Positions 54,817 through 63,149 of a DNA stretch of 64,000 bases are shown piece by piece. The DNA is taken from positions 11,209 to 75,208 of the forward strand of contig JANRLT010000030.1 in the NCBI GenBank assembly GCA_033762255.1. The letters run 5' to 3'. Within the stretch, counting starts at the first letter, position 1. Each line of letters starts with the position of its first letter. Below the pieces are notes generated by a model that saw only the letters and a list, made by a program, of their open reading frames with translations, had not been told where the DNA came from and did no database searches. Source of the DNA: Pirellulales bacterium (GTDB taxonomy: Bacteria > Planctomycetota > Planctomycetia > Pirellulales > JALHPA01). A program made the position numbers and the translations under genes.

Positions 54817-56712
54817 TCACGCCCAAGTTCGCAGGCCGATGATGCCCCAGTAGCCGAGGTAGCACGCGACCACGACATTGGCAAGGGAAACCAACAATGC
54901 GTGACGACGGACCCACTTGTTCATATTCCAGCTCCGCGCCCGGACTGCCTGCGCCAAACCGGCCACCGCCGTTCCGGCAAATAGCCATGTCAGCACGCAG
55001 AAGCCCACCGACCAGACAGTGGGTGTGCCAAATCGTTCAATAGGTTCATTGGTGGCCCCCGCGATCAGCAAAGTGAACGCTGTCACCAGCAAAAGCACCG
55101 CGACCAACGGCAAAACCCGGACGCTCATGTGGCGGACGCCTTGCATCCAGCCGAGCAACTTGCGGGGGACCCAGACCAGGGCAAACAGGACCGCGCTGAG
55201 CATCATTACCGCGCAGAACCCGGCGACCCCCCACTGCCCCCACACCCACCATCCCGGTACGCGGCGGTAATTAGTACGGCCAGGCAGGCTGCTCACCCCG
55301 TACATTTCGCCGTCCGCCTCGACGAACGCGATTGAGGGCTCCGATTCCTCCTCGCCGCGGAACAGGCCTGCTCTCCCGGCGGGTAAAAGGGTCATTGGTT
55401 CGCCAACCAGTCCACTGACCTTGAACCCGTCGCTCCCGACGGCCGCATGTTGGACCCCCAGCAACCGGTCGATAAATCGTTCCAACTCCACCCGTGGCGT
55501 GTGTGGCTCATAGTAACCGGCGAACTGCCGCAAACTTTCGTCGGATGGTTGGGCGGGCGGGATCGCAGCCGTCCCCCAGTCCCGCGTCAGGTATCCCAGG
55601 ATTAGCTTTTCTATCCGCTCCAAGGCAGAGCGGTTGCCGGAGTTCAGCATCAGGACGTATCCCACACCGCGATCCGGGGCATACGCGTAACGTGCCACAT
55701 AACTATTCAAGGCACCGCCGTGCCCCTGGAAGCGGAAGCCTTTATAAAACGAAGCATAGTTGCCCAGCCCATACCCGGCCCGCCCGGTGGTTCCCAGTCC
55801 CGTGGCGGAGGTCTCGAGGCGGGCGACCGACTCTGGTTCCAGGAGCCGCGTCCCCTGGTAGGTGCCGCGGTTCAAGAGCATCTGCACAAGGTGGGCGAGC
55901 TCTCTCGGCGTCACGTTCAGCGCCCCGGACGATCGACCGAGGATGTGTTCATAGGGGGTCGCTGTCACGCCGTCCGAACCGTAACCGATGGCCAACCGCT
56001 GGCGAACCGTATCCGTCATGAGAAAAGTGGCGGTCGTCATTTGGAGGGGGGCGAACACTTCGTCTTCAATATAGCGGTCGAAGGGTTCCCCGCTTGCCCG
56101 CTCCACAGCGTATCCGGCCAAAGCATACCCGGCGTTGGAGTAAGAGAAAAAGCGGCCAGGCCGCCAACGCGAGGTCCGCGGACGCGGGTCAAAAGCCAAG
56201 GACTCGCGGTGATCGCTATTGGGCACGCTGGCGGCATACTCGCGAACCATGATATCGTTAAACCCCGAGGTATGTTCCAGCAGGTGGACCAACCGCAGCG
56301 GGTCGGTGCTCTCCCACGGGTTGGCGAACTCGACATCCCCTACGAGATCGCGGAGCCGGTCGTCCAGCCGCACTTTGCCCTGCTCCCGCAGCTTTAACAG
56401 GGCAATCGCCACGAAACTCTTGGAGATCGAGCCGGCGCGGAACATGGTCTCGGGCGTGACCTCCCGCTCTGTGGCGATGTCGGCCGATCCAACCCCCGCT
56501 TCCCAAAGCACCTCATCCTTGGAAACCAGCACGACACCCGCGCCGGGGGTTTTGGTCTCTTGCAGGACGGCCCCGATGGCTCGCTGTAATTCCTCGGTTG
56601 ATTGCGGGACTGGCGGCTCATCCCGCTTTGACGCTTCGTTGCAGCCGACGAGGAGCAGAAACAGCGCGCACAGACCTGGCATTATGACACTTGTGGCGAG
56701 CTGGCTTCGCAT
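54817..56712 (-). CDS. Serine hydrolase (beta-lactamase/PBP4*-like fold) lipoprotein with a C-terminal multi-TM anchor
   Basis: SxxK nucleophile context FRAGSISKSF, YSNAGY (YxN), and an N-terminal lipobox LLLVGC after the ATG at 56712. The last ~150 aa form 4-5 hydrophobic helices. Confidence 0.8.
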   Translation of the reverse strand: MRSQLATSVIMPGLCALFLLLVGCNEASKRDEPPVPQSTEELQRAIGAVLQETKTPGAGVVLVSKDEVLWEAGVGSADIATEREVTPETMFRAGSISKSFVAIALLKLREQGKVRLDDRLRDLVGDVEFANPWESTDPLRLVHLLEHTSGFNDIMVREYAASVPNSDHRESLAFDPRPRTSRWRPGRFFSYSNAGYALAGYAVERASGEPFDRYIEDEVFAPLQMTTATFLMTDTVRQRLAIGYGSDGVTATPYEHILGRSSGALNVTPRELAHLVQMLLNRGTYQGTRLLEPESVARLETSATGLGTTGRAGYGLGNYASFYKGFRFQGHGGALNSYVARYAYAPDRGVGYVLMLNSGNRSALERIEKLILGYLTRDWGTAAIPPAQPSDESLRQFAGYYEPHTPRVELERFIDRLLGVQHAAVGSDGFKVSGLVGEPMTLLPAGRAGLFRGEEESEPSIAFVEADGEMYGVSSLPGRTNYRRVPGWWVWGQWGVAGFCAVMMLSAVLFALVWVPRKLLGWMQGVRHMSVRVLPLVAVLLLVTAFTLLIAGATNEPIERFGTPTVWSVGFCVLTWLFAGTAVAGLAQAVRARSWNMNKWVRRHALLVSLANVVVACYLGYWGIIGLRTWA

Positions 56713-57219
56713 TTTTGAATCCTCGCATGGGACCAGGGAGACAGGTCGCCGAACGGACGCGATCATGAGACACGACTCGTGCTGTGACCAATATAAAAAT
56801 TGATTTGGTCTGATCAGCCGCAGAACGCTAGCGTGGCACTGCCATTATTATCATTATATTCTAACGTTGCCCCGTTCTTGCTGGTAGATATTTCCTGGCA
56901 CCCCCAGGAACAACCAAATAACTTGGCCAGTTTGCGAAGCAGTCGTGTGCCACTGGTAGAACACCAGTGCCGAGACGGGAGCGTGATAAATTGTAACGGA
57001 TTGATCTTCGAAAAAGTCTGGACAAATAATTCTTAAGCTATGGGAAATCACAAACCCATTGGGCAATCACTGGCAAAATGCCAGTGGCACACTAAGTATC
57101 TCATAAGGAATCTATGCGGTGCCGGGAAATAGAACCGGCAAGAGCCGGGCCAAAGGCTAGATAAAAATAGGAACTTCGTCTGTGTCACCATAGGGTGAAT
57201 CGCTACCCGGCTGCATTTC

Positions 57220-58116
57220 TTAACTCGTCGTCTGTGTTGTGCTCGAGTCAGTATCGAACGATACTTGTCCAGAGAGTAAGACATCGTCTTGAGTCGGAAC
57301 GGCAACAATTTCCATTATTGCCCGATTATCGCCAATCATAAAATCCGATACAACACAAATGCCACGTCTATGCTTCACCGGATACTCTTCTTCGTACGCA
57401 TAGAAAATATTTTTGGCCTTAGAGATCTTTCTTCGGTATTCCACGCACAACATCAACCGACGAAGAACGTTGCCTCGCCAACTAAACCCCTCTTCCAGAT
57501 CACAAGTCAATGCATGGAATTGACTATTCTCCCAATCGACTTTAAAATGTCGAATAAAATCCATAAGTGACAAAGACGGACCCGAGGGATGATCAAAGAC
57601 TTTGTCTTCCGGGGAAATTGACATTGAAGAGACTTCGTTTTTATCAGTCTGGTAAAATACAGCCGCAAATCCCCATTTGTTCTCTACAGCACCTAACACG
57701 CCCATGAATTCCGTTAATGGATTTTCAATTCTTCCATCTTCCACCTGATAGATGCGTGCAAGCCTTACTGATCGCGGGTGTAGTTCTTTCACGTGCTTGA
57801 AGACAGGTTGAGTAAACCCGGCCTCGGATAATGCGATGAGTTCTTTCGCTTTAAGCGTCTGCATCTTGTAGATCCAGTTTCCGAAATCCTCGATTCCAAC
57901 CTTAACTGCACGTTTCTGAATTTCAACAAATGCACGGACAGATCTCTTTCCTTTTTCAATAATTCCGACATCCAATTGACGGAGCACGCCGACAGCGTCG
58001 CGCTGCTTGGTGTTTCTATGAACATTCTCAAATGGATGAAACGCTCGCTCGAAGACAAATCCCAATTGCTCCTGGTCTTTCCACCATTGTGCGTTCTTGC
58101 TTCGCTTGATGCCCAC
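57220..58116 (-). CDS. Hypothetical protein in a low-GC islet, with a possible PD-(D/E)xK-like N-terminal domain
   Basis: 298 aa with a GTG start and no nearby ATG. The order FERAF...LDVGII...AFVEIQKR is reminiscent of, but not proof of, restriction-endonuclease-fold catalytic residues. Confidence 0.45.
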   Translation of the reverse strand: MGIKRSKNAQWWKDQEQLGFVFERAFHPFENVHRNTKQRDAVGVLRQLDVGIIEKGKRSVRAFVEIQKRAVKVGIEDFGNWIYKMQTLKAKELIALSEAGFTQPVFKHVKELHPRSVRLARIYQVEDGRIENPLTEFMGVLGAVENKWGFAAVFYQTDKNEVSSMSISPEDKVFDHPSGPSLSLMDFIRHFKVDWENSQFHALTCDLEEGFSWRGNVLRRLMLCVEYRRKISKAKNIFYAYEEEYPVKHRRGICVVSDFMIGDNRAIMEIVAVPTQDDVLLSGQVSFDTDSSTTQTTS

Positions 58117-58228
58117 GTTATCACATTTGGCTAAAGTACATGTCGACTATGACCATAGTAGCTCGTTAGCGGATAGAATCCATTGGCAATGTAATACGCT
58201 CAATAAGCCGTTTGGGCGTATTGTGTAG

Positions 58229-58654
58229 TTATGCAGAGTTGTTGCGTTGGTGATCACGAGCGCGTTGTTCACGAACAGCCAAATCGTATGGGGATTCAAC
58301 CTCGCCTTCAAAGTCAGTCGCCCCGTATTCAATCAGGGTCTCAACAATCGGATGGAATCTATCCCAGTCCATAAGGAACCGAGCCTGCATTGCAAGGTCG
58401 AGAGGTTTTTCTGTGTACGTAGATGCTGCTGGCTCGCTGGCGACGAAATTCGGGTTGGCACCGCGCTCAAGCATCATTCGCACAAGCTTTTTGTGACCGT
58501 TTAGAATTGCAGCATACAACGGTGTTGCACCTTCGTCGAATGGAATGTTTAGATCGAGTCCGGTTTCAATGAGGCGTTCCGCCTCGTAGACATTACCCCC
58601 ATTGATGGCATCGAGTAATTTCTTATATTCGGTTGCCATTGGGGGTATCCGCAT
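58229..58654 (-). CDS. Ankyrin-repeat protein
   Basis: GATPLYAAILNGHKKLVRMMLERGANPN is a canonical ankyrin repeat, with flanking degenerate repeats. The start is ATG at 58654 or 58639. Confidence 0.75.
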   Translation of the reverse strand: MRIPPMATEYKKLLDAINGGNVYEAERLIETGLDLNIPFDEGATPLYAAILNGHKKLVRMMLERGANPNFVASEPAASTYTEKPLDLAMQARFLMDWDRFHPIVETLIEYGATDFEGEVESPYDLAVREQRARDHQRNNSA

Positions 58655-58705
58655 AACTGTAGCAAGTAACGGCTCGAAACCTTGGACTTTCCATCAGGAC
58701 CGATA

Positions 58706-59176
58706 TTATCGCGAGTCCGCCGCATTGGGTTGTTCGGCTGGACGTGGAGGAGATGTGTTTAACATATACCAGTATTTGTCAACTTTCTCAAACACAATTG
58801 TGTCTGACGGGGCATCTTTCACACCGTGCACAAACCACGCCATCTTACCATCCTTGTCCAGTTCCGGTTTAATGCCTTCGATCTTTTGCAAAATCTCTAG
58901 TAAGAAGGTTGCGTGTGTCTTCTCAAACTGTTCGGCGAACTGCTTTATCGTGAAATTCTTCTGATTCTTAACGTGTTCAAGCTGTTTCGGAGAAATAAAT
59001 GTCGTAAGGAATTCCTCGTACTCCATTTTTTTCAGGAGGCGGATCGCTTCGGGAACGGCAGTCGCGAGTTCTTCACGCGGGTCAGGCTTGTCTTCTGCGA
59101 GTACCGACTTACTCAACCCAAGCAACAGAGCAAGAAATATGCCTAGCAAGCTCTTCTCAAGTATAATCTTTCCCAT
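58706..59176 (-). CDS. Secreted hypothetical protein
   Basis: ATG at 59176 gives MGKIILEKSLLGIFLALLLGLSKSVLA, a signal peptide. The rest is Lys/Glu-rich and helical. No family recognised. Confidence 0.5.
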   Translation of the reverse strand: MGKIILEKSLLGIFLALLLGLSKSVLAEDKPDPREELATAVPEAIRLLKKMEYEEFLTTFISPKQLEHVKNQKNFTIKQFAEQFEKTHATFLLEILQKIEGIKPELDKDGKMAWFVHGVKDAPSDTIVFEKVDKYWYMLNTSPPRPAEQPNAADSR

Positions 59177-59448
59177 TGTATGAGGCCTTTTGTCCGAACA
59201 TTGTATCATCCACGCTTTTCACTGGGATATTCGTAATATCCTGGACAGCTATAGAGCAGTTTTCATGTATAGTATCCCTTGAAAAAATCCTTGTCAAGAA
59301 ACGCATCAACCTTGCAGGAATGCACTTAGATCCTGTCAGGCATCTTCGCCAATGCGTCAGATCCAGTAATATGCTTTCTAGCTAAACAAATCGCGGCTAG
59401 CATTTTGTGAATGCACCCAGCAGTGTTAGGCTATTGGTCCGGCTGACG

Positions 59449-59707
59449 CAACCGCGTTGCGGTAGGAGTTTTGGCTTGCCATATTCCCAGGGTAGCCGCT
59501 GCGCGGCAACCCAGGGCTTAGTTTCTTAACCGCGTTGCGGTAGATTCCCTTACCTCAATCCTCACCCAAAGGGAAAGGGAGTACCGCAACGCGCCCCGTT
59601 CATTGACAATAAAGCGAAACATAGCCCACGGGGTGCAACGCTGCGTACAAACCTGGGTGAGAGATCCGGCTACTTCAGGAACTTGTTCTGGGCTGTGCAG
59701 CGGTGAG
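59449..59707. repeat. Cluster of short palindromic repeats (ACCGCGTTGCGGT hairpins and the CAGGGTAGCC family)
   Basis: CAACCGCGTTGCGGTAGG (59449-59466), TAACCGCGTTGCGGTAG (59527-59543), inverted TACCGCAACGCG (59582-59593), CCCAGGGTAGCCGCTGCGCGGCAACCCAGGG (59486-59516), GGCTACTTCAGGAACTTGTTCTGGGCTGTGCAGCGGTGAG (59668-59707). Confidence 0.75.
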
Positions 59708-60060
59708 ATGCATTTCTGCAAATTCTTCCACTAACCCATAGGCTTCATGTACTGCGCTTACTGGAACTAATTCCACGCCACCTACAAATAGCCATTCTAT
59801 TTGATTCTCACCTCCTCCCCCCTGCCCAAGAATTAAGCGGTTTTGCCCTCTTTTGAAACTCCCCAAATCACACAAAGTCCGCAGATTTACCGTTACGGTA
59901 ATACTCTAGCTAGTTTATGGAATATAAGAATGGAGGACCTTCTTTGGCACTAAAGTTGCACATCTACACATGTGTTGCAGATCGCGGGTCGGCAGCCGGG
60001 GATAAAGCTCCTGGTGGCGGGCCTGATTTGGGCGGGGGGAAAGTGTTTTTGGAGTTTCCC

Positions 60061-60996
60061 ATGCCCCATGGTTATTTGATTGATATGGATGGTGTGTTGT
60101 ACCGCGGCACCGAGGTGATTGCCGGTGCGGTCGAGTTTTTGGACGAATTGCGCGCGCGGGGGATTCCCTTTCGTTTGTTGACCAACAATTCGCAGCGCGC
60201 GCGGCGCGATGTGGTGGCCAAGCTGGCGCGCATGGGAATCGACGTGGACGACGACAACGTCTTTACCAGCGCGATGGCCACGGCCCGCTTTCTGGCGCAA
60301 CAAAAGCCCAACGGCACGGCGTATGTCATTGGCGAAGGGGGGCTGCTGACGGCCCTGCACAGCAACGGCTATGCGATTGTCGATCACGATCCCGATTATG
60401 TCGTGGTGGGTGAGGGGCGGACCTTTAACCTGGAAATGGTCGAGGCGGCGGTCCGCATGATCCTGGGGGGCGCCAAGCTAATCGCCACCAATCTTGATCC
60501 GAATTGCCCGACGCAAAACGGGCTCCGTCCCGGCTGCGGCGCGATGGTGGCGATGCTGGAGCTGGCGACCGGGCTAAAAGCCTTTAGCGTCGGCAAACCT
60601 AGCCCGGTGATGATGCGCGCCGCCCGCAAAGAAATGGGCCTGGCCACCGACGAAGTGACGATGATCGGCGACACGATGGAGACCGATATCATCGGCGGGG
60701 TGCAATTGGGCTATCATACGGTGCTGGTGCTGAGTGGCGGGACCAGCCAGCAGGATTTGCCGCGCTACGCCTATCGGCCCTCGTTGATCGTCGAGTCGCT
60801 GGCCGAGTACCGCGTCCTATTGGAACAGTCCGGCTGGCACGGATACGCACGACCGCCGCGTCCCCGTCCCGCGGTGATGCCTGTGACCGATGCACCGACG
60901 CTTGCCCAAGCCGAGAAAACCCCCCTCCCGCGCAAACGTGGCCGACTGGTCAAAGGGAACGTCGCGACTGGCGAAGCGTTGGGGAACAGTTCTTAA
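60061..60996 (+). CDS. HAD-IIA family phosphatase (NagD-like)
   Basis: YLIDMDGVLYRG (DxDG nucleophile), LLTNNS, GKPS, and the IGDTMETDI motifs. The C-terminal ~50 aa form a basic, Pro-rich extension. The track start at 59917 adds 48 aa that do not look like HAD sequence. Confidence 0.85.
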   Translation: MPHGYLIDMDGVLYRGTEVIAGAVEFLDELRARGIPFRLLTNNSQRARRDVVAKLARMGIDVDDDNVFTSAMATARFLAQQKPNGTAYVIGEGGLLTALHSNGYAIVDHDPDYVVVGEGRTFNLEMVEAAVRMILGGAKLIATNLDPNCPTQNGLRPGCGAMVAMLELATGLKAFSVGKPSPVMMRAARKEMGLATDEVTMIGDTMETDIIGGVQLGYHTVLVLSGGTSQQDLPRYAYRPSLIVESLAEYRVLLEQSGWHGYARPPRPRPAVMPVTDAPTLAQAEKTPLPRKRGRLVKGNVATGEALGNSS

Positions 60997-61219
60997 CCGC
61001 TGGGGCTGGCGTCGTTAGTGGTTGGCCCAGGTTTTTTGCTGGATAGGATGGGAACTGGATAACACCGATTGGCGCAGCCTATCGGTGTCGCGCAGCGAGC
61101 TATAGGAATTGTGAGCGGTAATGACTTTTTCTAAAGACTTATTCTACAATCCAGTTACTCTTGCGGCTACACCGCCCAGGTTGACGAGCAAGCTATGCCA
61201 CCCGCGAACGTCCCCTCCA

Positions 61220-62089
61220 TCAAGTTACTCCCTTTAGATGTGTAATGGGGAGCTTTGTCGTTCGGGAAACGGACGCCGCCAGGCGGGAGCGGTGGCAGCA
61301 TTTTGGTTCCGACTCCATGCACACCAGCACGCTCGGCGTACCGGTCATCAGTCGCCCCACTTGTTCAATCGCGTGTCGCTCGCTTTGTAATACGGTCCGC
61401 TCATACTTGTCAAACAGCGTGTTGTACGCTTCTTGATTAACAAGGCCCTGGCGGTCTTCGCCGCGAATTCCCAGTTCGGGCAGGTGGATATATTCGATAT
61501 CAAGCCGCTCGGTCAGTCGCCGCAGGGTGGATTTGTGAAATCCGTACCTTCTTGCGATGGGATTATGGCGAACGTCGATGAGTTGTCGGATTCCCGAGAC
61601 AATCAACAGATTCAGAAATCCGTCAATGCTTAGCCCTTCATAACCAGCGGTAAAGACCGCGGGTTTTGCTTCTGGTCGGGTGGCGTGCTTGCGGCGTTTA
61701 CTGTTGACGGTGAATGCCGGGTATCGCTCATAAACATAATCGACCAGGGAGGCCGCGTCTGTATTTCCAAATCGGGCAAGCAATCGCTGGGCGTCACGTT
61801 CGATGTCCCTTCCTGGCGTTCCAACGGACTTTGCCACGGGGAAGTTGAGGGACCAATGGTTGTCGCCATCGTCCCGCAGGTAGCTTTGCGATACCAGCTT
61901 TTCCGCTTCCTGGTACAGGGCAAAGGAAAAAGGCCCGTAGAGATAGGGGACAAAATCGTAAAAGGCCGATCCTCCCGACGTTTCGCCTTCAAATCGTAAT
62001 AGAAAGCACCACTTGGTCAATTCGGTGCGAGAGACGGGGCGGTCAGCGAGTTTCAGCAGTAGTATTAAAAGTTTTTGTCGATTCAACAT
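61220..62089 (-). CDS. Two-domain fusion: N-terminal SocA/GepA (Panacea, DUF4065)-like domain + C-terminal DUF488 domain
   Basis: The N-terminal half reads RTELTKWCFLLRFEGE...FYDFVPYLYGPFSFALYQE. The C-terminal half reads VFTAGYEGLSIDGFLNLL...LIDVRHNPIARRYGFHK...YIHLPELG...VLVCMESEPKCCHRSRLA, a DUF488-like block order. The track start at 62161 is TTG; ATG at 62089. Confidence 0.65.
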   Translation of the reverse strand: MLNRQKLLILLLKLADRPVSRTELTKWCFLLRFEGETSGGSAFYDFVPYLYGPFSFALYQEAEKLVSQSYLRDDGDNHWSLNFPVAKSVGTPGRDIERDAQRLLARFGNTDAASLVDYVYERYPAFTVNSKRRKHATRPEAKPAVFTAGYEGLSIDGFLNLLIVSGIRQLIDVRHNPIARRYGFHKSTLRRLTERLDIEYIHLPELGIRGEDRQGLVNQEAYNTLFDKYERTVLQSERHAIEQVGRLMTGTPSVLVCMESEPKCCHRSRLAASVSRTTKLPITHLKGVT

Positions 62090-62272
62090 CGCTTTTTTCG
62101 CCGATAATTTTTCCGCATGCTCCGACTTACCCCACACCGGCCAATATTGTAGGCATGGCAATTAATGCCGCCAACACGAGTTGCAAAGGTGCCGGATTTT
62201 TGCTAGCGGGCCACCCTGCGGACTCATGCCGTGCATACGGGAACAAGCTCCAGTGTTACCCCCTTTCCCCCC

Positions 62273-62707
62273 TCACTCATAAACCTCAAAGCGCCATTCT
62301 AGTCGGTCGCCGGGTTGCAGGGTTTGCACGCCTGCGCCGCGGGTCGCTTGCTTGTCATTGATGTAGTAAATCCAGTTTTTCCCTGCTTCCCCGGCCCCTT
62401 GGTTGGCGATGCCGCCGATCTCGCTCACAAACGCGCTTTCTCCCGCGCCGGTAATCACGGATGTCAGGTCCTGGGCCGCCGCCTGCCGCAGGGCATCGAC
62501 CACGGTCAGGCCTGCTTGCCAATCGATCATCAGCGACTTTGGCGCGCTGGAATCGCCATAGTCGATCGTCAGCGTCAACTGGGGGGCCTGATGCGGCTGT
62601 CCCGCCGGAGTTGCGTTGTTCTTTCCTACTGGCGCGCTTGGACAGCCAGCGTGAGCGAGCGCTAAGTATATCGCTACGACTAAAATCCAGTATTTATGTA
62701 GAGTCAT
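62273..62707 (-). CDS. DUF4430-like lipoprotein
   Basis: Lipobox LAHAGC. The remainder reads LTLTIDYG...GLTVVDALRQAA...FVSEIGGIAN...NWIYYINDKQATRGAGVQTLQPGDRLEWRF. Confidence 0.6.
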   Translation of the reverse strand: MTLHKYWILVVAIYLALAHAGCPSAPVGKNNATPAGQPHQAPQLTLTIDYGDSSAPKSLMIDWQAGLTVVDALRQAAAQDLTSVITGAGESAFVSEIGGIANQGAGEAGKNWIYYINDKQATRGAGVQTLQPGDRLEWRFEVYE

Positions 62708-62803
62708 GAGTTTGATCCGAGCGTAATCTTTACACTTATCATCCTAGCGCGGATTTTGCCCGCAACACAACGGGAACCGACGCTTACCACTATTTGTCGA
62801 GCT

Positions 62804-62917
62804 GAATAAATCGGGCCGTTGGCCCTTCCATTTGTCACTTCCAATAGACCTAGGGGGACGCTGCACTTGCCACAATTCCAATCAGCACGGCTGGGATAGG
62901 TCGGGCCTGTGGCCCGC
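62804..62917 (-). repeat. Composite interspersed repeat (modules 2 and 1), inverted and diverged copy
   Basis: GAATAAATCGGGCCGTTGGCCC is the reverse complement of module 2. CCTAGGGGGACGCTGCACTTGCC...GGCTGGGATAGGTCGGGCCTGTGGCCCGC is the reverse complement of module 1 with an internal insertion. Confidence 0.75.
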
Positions 62918-63149
62918 AAATAAAGGGGCAACATAAAATCTTCGCACAGTGAGCAGCTTTGATAGGTTAGTCGTACAGGGTGTCAACCGACAATTACGCC
63001 GAATAATTTCCATTCCACTAATTGGCGCAAATCCGTTCCATCTGCGACATCTGCGTTCTATTGGCTGATTTGTGTCTACTTGGTCACTTGCCCTGTCGGC
63101 CAATACCCGGCATGATACAGGGTATCTTGCCACCACCGCCGATTTTATC

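Noticed and set aside
56800-57308. Small ORFs (56800-57036, 56854-57066, 57048-57308) in the islet tail as extra cassette genes.
   Set aside because: They are short and mutually overlapping on both strands, with implausible sequences. The region is better described by its palindromes.
59917-60060. N-terminal extensions implied by track starts (for example 48 aa on the HAD phosphatase; also on ROK kinase, argF, GNAT, FucU, Zn-ADH, the photolyase and the protease).
   Set aside because: The track translates the most upstream ATG/GTG/TTG as M. Conserved family N-termini begin at downstream ATGs, and the extensions lack any family-like sequence.
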